Shown piece by piece: positions 57,352 through 64,000 of a DNA stretch of 64,000 bases (positions are counted from its first letter, which is position 1; each line of letters begins with the position of its first letter). Both the position numbers and the translations under genes were made by a program. The DNA comes from a virus (taxonomy: Duplodnaviria > Caudoviricetes). The notes beneath the pieces are model-generated. The model was given only the letters and a program-made list of their open reading frames with translations. It had not been told where the DNA came from and made no database searches. The DNA is taken from the IMG/VR virus record IMGVR_UViG_3300020374_000001; one strand, written 5' to 3'.

Positions 57352-58714
57352 TGAAAGAATAGAATATACAATATTAAGAAATCTTATATTCAATGAAGAT
57401 TATACTAGAAAAGTTTTACCTTTTATAAACGAAATCTTTTTTCCTAAAAGAGAAGAACAAATTTTATTCCAAGAGATTAATACTTTTGTATTGAAGTATA
57501 AAAATCTGCCATCAAAAGAATCAATATTAATTGAACTAGGCAATCGTAAAGATATAAACGAAGAAGAAAATAGAATAGTAAAAGAGTTAATCAACTCATT
57601 AAATCCTGAAGAAATAGATCAACAATGGTTGTTAGATACAACAGAAAAGTTTTGTAAAGATCGTGCTGTTCATAATGCAGTATTAGACGGTATAAAAATT
57701 TTAGATGGTAAAGATAAAAAGAGAACACAAGAGGCAATACCTAGTATTCTTGCAGACGCATTAGCAGTTAGTTTTGATAAACATATAGGGCACGATTATA
57801 TAGAAGACGCAGACGACAGATTTAAATTTTATCATACAAAAGAGAAGAAGTATCAATTTGATTTATCTTACTTCAACAGAATTACAAAAGGCGGTGTACC
57901 AAGTAAAACATTAAATATTGCTCTTGCAGGTACGGGTGTAGGTAAGTCTTTGTTTATGTGTCATTGTGCTAGTGCTTATTTGGCACAAGGTTTAAATGTA
58001 TTGTATATTACTTTAGAAATGGCGGAAGAAAGAATTGCTGAAAGAATTGACGCAAATTTATTAGATGTATCTATGGATGACTTACATCATTTACCAAAAG
58101 ACTTATATGATTCTAAAATATTAAAAGTAAAAAACAGATCAACTGGTAAATTAATTATCAAAGAATATCCAACTGCGTCTGCTCACGCAGGTCATTTTAG
58201 AGCATTGTTTAATGAACTATCATTAAAGAAAAGTTTTAGACCAGATGTTGTCTTTATAGATTATCTTAATATATGTACTAGTGCTAGATTTAAAGGTGGT
58301 AATGTAGGATCATATTTCTTTATCAAGGCAATTGCTGAAGAATTAAGAGGTCTTGCTGTTGAGTTTAATGTACCAATCTTTAGTGCAACACAAACAACTA
58401 GAACTGGTTATGTATCAACTGATATTGGTTTAGAAGATACGGCAGAGTCTTTTGGTTTACCTGCAACTGCTGACTTTATGTTTGCTTTACAATCAAATGA
58501 GGAACTAGAACAACTAGGTCAAATGAAAGTTAAACAATTAAAGAATAGATACAATGATCCAGGTATTAATAGATCATTTATTATAGGTGTTGATAGGGCA
58601 AAAATGAAATTATATGATGTTGAAAACTCAGCACAAAACATAGTAGATAAAGGAAAGGAACCTGAACTTAAATTAGAAGACCCTTACGATAAGTTTTCAG
58701 ATTTCAAAGTATAA
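57344..58714 (+). CDS. gp41: Replicative helicase gp41
   Basis: AGTGVGKS, LEMAEERIAERIDAN, IDYLNI, ESFGLPATAD, QLKNRY. Confidence 0.97.
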   Translation: MNNERIEYTILRNLIFNEDYTRKVLPFINEIFFPKREEQILFQEINTFVLKYKNLPSKESILIELGNRKDINEEENRIVKELINSLNPEEIDQQWLLDTTEKFCKDRAVHNAVLDGIKILDGKDKKRTQEAIPSILADALAVSFDKHIGHDYIEDADDRFKFYHTKEKKYQFDLSYFNRITKGGVPSKTLNIALAGTGVGKSLFMCHCASAYLAQGLNVLYITLEMAEERIAERIDANLLDVSMDDLHHLPKDLYDSKILKVKNRSTGKLIIKEYPTASAHAGHFRALFNELSLKKSFRPDVVFIDYLNICTSARFKGGNVGSYFFIKAIAEELRGLAVEFNVPIFSATQTTRTGYVSTDIGLEDTAESFGLPATADFMFALQSNEELEQLGQMKVKQLKNRYNDPGINRSFIIGVDRAKMKLYDVENSAQNIVDKGKEPELKLEDPYDKFSDFKV

Positions 58715-58715
58715 T

Positions 58716-58979
58716 ATGCCTAAAAAACAAAGAGTTAGATTTCATAGAGGTGATAGAAAACCTAAATCGGATAAAGAATATGATACTCTATCTTACAAAG
58801 TTAAGATGAAGAAAAAAGGTCGTAAATTTATATGGCAAGTTATAGAAAAACCTAATAACAATGCTGTTGCAGAATACTTTTTTGAAGAAGACGCACAAAA
58901 ACTCGCAGACTTTCAAAACAAACATAGAGTCTGGCAAATGAACGGCGGAATACCACAATTTCTTTGGACCAGGGCTTGA
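58716..58979 (+). CDS. Basic hypothetical protein
   Basis: 87 aa; FEEDA..L..F......GG.PQFL. Confidence 0.6.
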   Translation: MPKKQRVRFHRGDRKPKSDKEYDTLSYKVKMKKKGRKFIWQVIEKPNNNAVAEYFFEEDAQKLADFQNKHRVWQMNGGIPQFLWTRA

Positions 58980-58987
58980 CACTCCCT

Positions 58988-58995
58988 TATAAATA
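58988..58995 (+). promoter_or_regulatory. Late promoter TATAAATA
   Basis: Exact consensus upstream of ORF 59014. Confidence 0.8.
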
Positions 58996-59013
58996 TGTTA
59001 TAGAGAGAGAACT

Positions 59014-60084
59014 ATGGCAGATTATTTACAAGGAGGAGCACAAACAACTATAACAGCAACTATAACGGAGCTGTTTCCAGCATTGTGGTTCAACACTAAA
59101 AACAAAAAACCCACCAACGTAAAAGAACTACAAGATTTCATTTACGATTACGACAATAAAAACAACAAAGCATACATAGACGCACAAGATAATAAAGCAG
59201 GCAAAGATAATATCTCTCTAGCATTTTCTAGGATTAATCCTACATTGTTTAATGAAAAAATGCAAAATGCTTTTGCTATTACTTGTTATCTATTTCATAC
59301 TCACGCAGATAATCCTATTAGTTATGTTGTATGGGGATATAGAAAAAAACCTAAAGGTGTTCCTGAAAATCATTCAGGTGATGTATTCATTATGCACAAG
59401 AATGGAGAGATTACAGGAGTTAGTTTAAAAGCAGGTAAAGAGAAATCTATGGAACCTAAATTAAACACTTATGTAGGAACAACTTTAAGACAACCTTATT
59501 ATAAAGCACTTGACTCTCAAGCAGAAAATAAGTTGAAAAGAAGATTGTGGAATGAAGTATATTCTAAAATTAAAGTACCTAAAACGGTAAATGAAAACAA
59601 TTATTATATGCAAAGTAATGATAGAACAAAACCTAATCCAGATATGGTTTTAAGTTTAGTAGCATTTTTTAAGAGAGATTTTAATAAGTTTGACCAAGGT
59701 TATGGTGTAATGAATAAAGTTTGTAGAGAAGAGGTTGCTAAGATGGTAAATAAAAATGTCAAAGCAACAAAAGAATGGATTACAAAAGAATTTAGATTAC
59801 AGAAAGCACAAAAAGTACCTTTAATAGTTGTTAAAGCAATTAAAGATACATACAAAGAACTAGGTGATCCATTGCCTAATTTTTTACCTAAAGTAACTAA
59901 AGTTAAAGCATACTTAAATACGTCTTCAGTACAAGAATGGTTTATAGATTTAATGAGTAATAAGAAAAAATTAACTTTAAAAATGACTATTAGATCGGAT
60001 GCTGGGTTTAGACCTGAAAAACCTAAAGGTAAATTAGGTAAATTTAATATGTTAAAATTGCAGTATAATGGAGTAAAAAAATAA
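59014..60084 (+). CDS. PD-(D/E)xK-superfamily nuclease-like protein
   Basis: N-terminal helix TE, then SGDVFI..NGEITGVSLK (D...SxK variant). Confidence 0.55.
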   Translation: MADYLQGGAQTTITATITELFPALWFNTKNKKPTNVKELQDFIYDYDNKNNKAYIDAQDNKAGKDNISLAFSRINPTLFNEKMQNAFAITCYLFHTHADNPISYVVWGYRKKPKGVPENHSGDVFIMHKNGEITGVSLKAGKEKSMEPKLNTYVGTTLRQPYYKALDSQAENKLKRRLWNEVYSKIKVPKTVNENNYYMQSNDRTKPNPDMVLSLVAFFKRDFNKFDQGYGVMNKVCREEVAKMVNKNVKATKEWITKEFRLQKAQKVPLIVVKAIKDTYKELGDPLPNFLPKVTKVKAYLNTSSVQEWFIDLMSNKKKLTLKMTIRSDAGFRPEKPKGKLGKFNMLKLQYNGVKK

Positions 60085-60092
60085 CATAAATA
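60085..60092 (+). promoter_or_regulatory. Late promoter variant CATAAATA
   Basis: Intergenic, upstream of ORF 60149. Confidence 0.65.
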
Positions 60093-60148
60093 GTATTATT
60101 GATTTATATGGAAAATGTGATTATATTAATGGAACAAATTGGAGAGAA

Positions 60149-61372
60149 ATGTTTAGTTTTAAAGGTTTTATTACCACAGAAAAGAATACACACCTTGAAC
60201 ATTTAGAAGACGATATAATTAATCGTGGTTCAGATGGTGGACGTAATGCAATAAGTTTTTTAAAGTCAGTAAGAAATATGCTGGCAGGTTCTTCAAGCGG
60301 ACGAGTTAATATGTCTGTTAAGTGGGACGGCGCACCTGCTATTATCGCAGGTAAAAATCCTGAGAACGGCAAATTTTTTGTCGGCACAAAATCAGTCTTC
60401 AACAAAACACCTAAAATCAATTACACACCTGGCGATATTGCAAGAAATCATAGTGGTCCTGTTGCTGCTAAATTACTTGTATGTTTAAGAGAATTAAAAA
60501 GACTAGGTATCAATGGTATCTATCAAGGCGATTTATTATTTACAAAAGGTGATACTAAACTTGCAGGTATAGATGGTCAAAAAATGATAACCTTTACACC
60601 TAATACTATCACATATGCAGTACCAATAAACTCTAGTTTAGGAAGAAGAATTAGCAGAGCAAGATTAGGTATTGTATTTCACACTTACTACACAGGCAAA
60701 AGTATGTCATCACTAACAGCAGGGTTTGGAAGTATTAGTGGTAAGACAGGTTCAACAGCAGTTTATTTAGCAAGTGCAGGATATACTGATACGTCTGGTT
60801 CATCTACATTTACGTCTAGTGAGTTAGCAAGATTTGATGGACTAATAAGAATGGCAGAAGGTTCTTTACTAAAGGCGGCACCATTATTAAATGTTATGAA
60901 ATCAAATGATAGTTTATCAGTAGGGTTTAGATTAAAGTCATTTTTTAATTACTATATAAAATCTTCTAAAGGTAACTCTATGGCAAAAGTTAAAGTATTA
61001 CAAGATATGTTTAGAGAGTATTACGATCAAATTTTAACAGCAGAAATTTCTGATAGAAAAACTGCTAGAGGTAAAGAAAAATATATTAAAGCAAAAGCAG
61101 ATGGTTTAAAATTTATAGATAGAAATAGAAGTGCATTATATTTTGCTATTGCTTCTCACGTAAGTTTAGGTAATGCAAAGAATTATTTAATACAAAAACT
61201 ATCGCAAATACAAAGTATAGGTCATTTTATTAGAACACCTAATGGTTATAGAGTAACTAATCCAGAAGGATTTGTTGCAGTAGATAAAAAAGCAGGTGCA
61301 GTTAAACTTGTAGATAGATTAGAATTTAGTAGAGCAAACTTTACGATTGCTAAAGATTGGGTAAAAGGATAA
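60149..61372 (+). CDS. Conserved marine-myovirus protein with ligase-type covalent nucleotidyltransferase motifs
   Basis: KNTHLEHLED; SVKWDG (motif I KxDG), QGDLLF (III), PEGFV (IV), VKLV (V). Confidence 0.65.
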   Translation: MFSFKGFITTEKNTHLEHLEDDIINRGSDGGRNAISFLKSVRNMLAGSSSGRVNMSVKWDGAPAIIAGKNPENGKFFVGTKSVFNKTPKINYTPGDIARNHSGPVAAKLLVCLRELKRLGINGIYQGDLLFTKGDTKLAGIDGQKMITFTPNTITYAVPINSSLGRRISRARLGIVFHTYYTGKSMSSLTAGFGSISGKTGSTAVYLASAGYTDTSGSSTFTSSELARFDGLIRMAEGSLLKAAPLLNVMKSNDSLSVGFRLKSFFNYYIKSSKGNSMAKVKVLQDMFREYYDQILTAEISDRKTARGKEKYIKAKADGLKFIDRNRSALYFAIASHVSLGNAKNYLIQKLSQIQSIGHFIRTPNGYRVTNPEGFVAVDKKAGAVKLVDRLEFSRANFTIAKDWVKG

Positions 61373-62067
61373 TGAAAAGAACTTTACAAGAAGTTAGAGA
61401 ATACATTAACGAAGGTGTTTACGATCCTGGTATATTCAAAGCATTTTTTCTTGCAGGTGGACCTGGGTCAGGTAAAACTTTTGTAACTTCAAGTGCGTTT
61501 GCAGGTACAGGTTTAAAACTAGTTAATTCAGATGTTAAGTTTGAAAGAGATTTAAGAAAAGCAAATCTATCATTAAAAATGCCAGATGAAGAAAAATATT
61601 TTAGAGATAGAATTAGACAAGGTGCAAAGGCATTTGTAGGTAAACAATTAGATCAATACTTACAAGGTAGATTAGGTATGATTATAGATAGTACAGCAAG
61701 AGATTATTCAGTTATACAAAGACAATATAATTTATTAAGAAACATTGGATACGATTGTTATATGGTATTTGTTAATACAAGTTTAGATGTTGCAATAGAA
61801 AGAAATAGAACTAGAAGTAGATCAATACCTGAATACATAGTACAAAAAAGTTGGAAAGGTGTTCAAGCAAATATGGGTGCGTTTCAAAAAGTATTTGGAC
61901 ATAGTAAAATGTTAATAGTAGATAACAATAGAGATGATAAAGAATTAGTTACACAAACTTTAAATACTGCTTCAAGGTTTATTAGAAGTAGATTAAGAAC
62001 TAAACCAGAAAATGGAATTGCAATGTCTTGGATTAAAAGAGAATTAGAGGCAAAGAAAAGAATATGA
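61372..62067 (+). CDS. P-loop kinase (zeta-toxin/polynucleotide-kinase-like)
   Basis: FLAGGPGSGKT, NSD, IIDST, RNRTRSR lid; start at ATG 61372. Confidence 0.85.
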   Translation: MKRTLQEVREYINEGVYDPGIFKAFFLAGGPGSGKTFVTSSAFAGTGLKLVNSDVKFERDLRKANLSLKMPDEEKYFRDRIRQGAKAFVGKQLDQYLQGRLGMIIDSTARDYSVIQRQYNLLRNIGYDCYMVFVNTSLDVAIERNRTRSRSIPEYIVQKSWKGVQANMGAFQKVFGHSKMLIVDNNRDDKELVTQTLNTASRFIRSRLRTKPENGIAMSWIKRELEAKKRI

Positions 62068-64000
62068 GCATAGGATTTAAAGATTACTTATTTAAATATT
62101 TAAAAGATAAGCAACAAGATGAGGCAGTCATAGATATACCTAGACAGACTTATGCTACAGGTGTGTTCTCTAATCCTGAAGATAAGGATCCAAAAATTAA
62201 ACCTGAAATTATCGGTCAGATAATGAAACAATTTACAGAATTTAAAAAAGAATATCCTATATTAGATTATTCTTTAATAGGTTCTATCTTAACTAAAAGA
62301 TATAGAGATGACGCTGATTTAGATATAAATGTTTTGTTTGATGTACCTAAAGAGAAACAAGAAGAAGAAAGATTAAGATTATCGCAAAAGTTTTTATCTG
62401 CTAAAAATCCTGATAACATACAAGGTAAATTAATACCTGGTACAAGACACCCTATTAATTATTATTTTATTACAGACAAAGAAACTTATGACGATCAGAA
62501 TAAAAAGGCAGACGCAGTATTTGATATAGGTAAAAATAAATTTATTAAACGACCTGAGGATTTTGAATTTGATCCTGCGTTATATGTAAAAGATTTTGAG
62601 AAGAAAGTACAAGAGATAGATGTAATCAAAGGCGAATTAAAAAGAGATATAATAGATTACAAAGAATTAAAAGGACTAAAAACAAATGATGTTTTGAATT
62701 TACAAGATAAAGTAAAAGACAAGTTAGAAGAAATAGAAGATAGTATAGAAGACATTATAAAAATAGGTGATATGGTTGACGCTGAAAGAAGAAAAGCGTT
62801 TGATAGTGATATGTCGCCTGAAGAAATAAGACAATACGGTATAAAAAATAGATTACCTAAAGCAGTAATCTATAAGATGTTAGAGAAATACCATTACATA
62901 ACTTTCTACAAATATTGTAAGAAGATATTAGATGATGGTGTAGTAACTGATAAAGAGATTGACGATTTAGATATAAACGAGGCAAGAAGAAAGTCAATTG
63001 CATTTACATTTGGTAGATTTAATCCACCAACATCTGGACACGAAAAACTAATTAAGAAAGTTGCAAGTGTTAGAGCAGATACTTTTAAAATATATTTAAG
63101 TAGAAGTAATGATCCTAAAAAGAATCCATTATCGCCTAGAACAAAACTAACTCATATGAAAATGATGTTTCCTAGATATAGTAGAAACATTGAAATCAAT
63201 AACACTAATATGATTTTAGATATAGCAAGTAAATTACATAGACAAGGATTTACTGAAATCTTTATGGTCGTAGGTAGTGATAGAGTTAGAGAATTTGAAA
63301 CAATACTTAACAAGTATAATGATGTAAGAAGTAGGCACGGATATTATAACTTTGCTAATATTAATGTATTATCAGCAGGTGAAAGAGATCCAGATTCAGA
63401 AGGTGTATCAGGTATGTCAGCAAGTAAGATGAGGGACGCTGCTACTAAAGATGATTATAACACATTTAAGAAAGGTGTACCTACAGGATATAGAAATGCA
63501 GATGATTTATTTAAAGATGTAAGAAAAGGAATGAGATTAGTAGCAAGTATGGAATACGATACTAACTTTAGACCGATAAAAACTTTACAAGAATTTGAAC
63601 AAAATCAAATAAGAGATTTATATATTAGAGAAATGATCTTTAATATAGGAGACAAAATTAAATATATCAAAGAAGATATTGATGGTAAAGTGATTAGAAA
63701 AGGTACAAATTATATTGTACTAGAAGATAACAACAACAATTTACACAAAGCGTGGATATGGGATTGTTTACCAAATCCAGCAGATAGAGAGGCACAAGTG
63801 AGAGAACACAATTTAGATGTAGATTACGGCTTTACAGCAGTTTCTACTAAAGAAGATATGGATAGGTTGCCACAAGATAAAGACGTTAAGAAAAAAGACG
63901 GAACACAACCTAAAAAGTATTACAAAGATATGTCAAAAGACACAAAATCAAAAAGAGCAGATCATTTTAAAAAGACAGATACTACTAAAAATGACAATGA
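62064..64000 (+). CDS. Fusion protein: Pol-beta-type nucleotidyltransferase + HIGH-superfamily cytidylyl/adenylyltransferase + further domains (runs off the window end)
   Basis: Manual translation: IGSILTKRYRDDADLDINV (GS...DxD), then FGRFNPPTSGH, VGSDR, MSASKMR; open to 64000; not in the ORF track. Confidence 0.85.
   Translation, partial: MSIGFKDYLFKYLKDKQQDEAVIDIPRQTYATGVFSNPEDKDPKIKPEIIGQIMKQFTEFKKEYPILDYSLIGSILTKRYRDDADLDINVLFDVPKEKQEEERLRLSQKFLSAKNPDNIQGKLIPGTRHPINYYFITDKETYDDQNKKADAVFDIGKNKFIKRPEDFEFDPALYVKDFEKKVQEIDVIKGELKRDIIDYKELKGLKTNDVLNLQDKVKDKLEEIEDSIEDIIKIGDMVDAERRKAFDSDMSPEEIRQYGIKNRLPKAVIYKMLEKYHYITFYKYCKKILDDGVVTDKEIDDLDINEARRKSIAFTFGRFNPPTSGHEKLIKKVASVRADTFKIYLSRSNDPKKNPLSPRTKLTHMKMMFPRYSRNIEINNTNMILDIASKLHRQGFTEIFMVVGSDRVREFETILNKYNDVRSRHGYYNFANINVLSAGERDPDSEGVSGMSASKMRDAATKDDYNTFKKGVPTGYRNADDLFKDVRKGMRLVASMEYDTNFRPIKTLQEFEQNQIRDLYIREMIFNIGDKIKYIKEDIDGKVIRKGTNYIVLEDNNNNLHKAWIWDCLPNPADREAQVREHNLDVDYGFTAVSTKEDMDRLPQDKDVKKKDGTQPKKYYKDMSKDTKSKRADHFKKTDTTKNDN

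Noticed and set aside
18872-58714. Introns, inteins or homing endonucleases in terminase, polymerase, helicase or recombinase
   Set aside because: These ORFs are continuous and of ordinary length with no splicing motifs; no HNH, GIY-YIG or LAGLIDADG ORF recognised
1168-60420. Minus-strand and nested ORFs in the supplied track (e.g. 8454-8867, 22142-22591, 32374-32616, 56315-56650)
   Set aside because: Antisense or off-frame shadows of well-supported genes, with no RBS or recognisable motifs
1-64000. tRNA or rRNA genes; cyanophage identity
   Set aside because: No cloverleaf or rRNA-like segment found in the few intergenic gaps; no photosynthesis genes here, and the accessory genes point to an alphaproteobacterial host

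Overview
AT-rich, almost entirely + strand 64-kb segment of a T4-like (Tevenvirinae/Kyanoviridae-related) marine myovirus. It most resembles the phages of SAR11/Pelagibacter-type Alphaproteobacteria, judging from bS21, peptide deformylase, hemO-pcyX, an adrenodoxin-type ferredoxin and the absence of photosynthesis genes in this window. Gene order: tail-fibre/adhesin module (0.6-13.3 kb); heme oxygenase + PcyX bilin reductase; neck, terminase, tail and head core genes (gp13-gp23, gp3); uvsY/uvsW/gp55/gp47/gp46; an accessory block (2OG-Fe(II) oxygenases, PDF, PLP enzyme, beta-glucosyltransferase-like protein, SPPY methylase); peptidase-vWA + CobS-like AAA+; bS21, a structured intergenic RNA and Hsp20; replisome genes (gp45/44/62, regA, gp43, uvsX, gp41) interleaved with RimK, ferredoxin and two more methylases; and a late-promoter cluster of nuclease, ligase-like, kinase and nucleotidyltransferase-fusion genes. 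Best leads: (1) enzymes with T4-like capsid-targeting N-termini that may form a virion-injected nucleic-acid/nucleotide repair kit; (2) a putative DNA hypermodification pathway; (3) apparent complete avoidance of ACWGT and CATG; (4) a pseudoknotted ncRNA plus a ROSE-like thermometer in front of hsp20; (5) recurrent leaderless-transcript geometry; (6) an orphan antisense promoter resembling an R-loop origin; (7) an alphaproteobacterial LexA box. All assignments come from manual motif recognition; no database searches were run.
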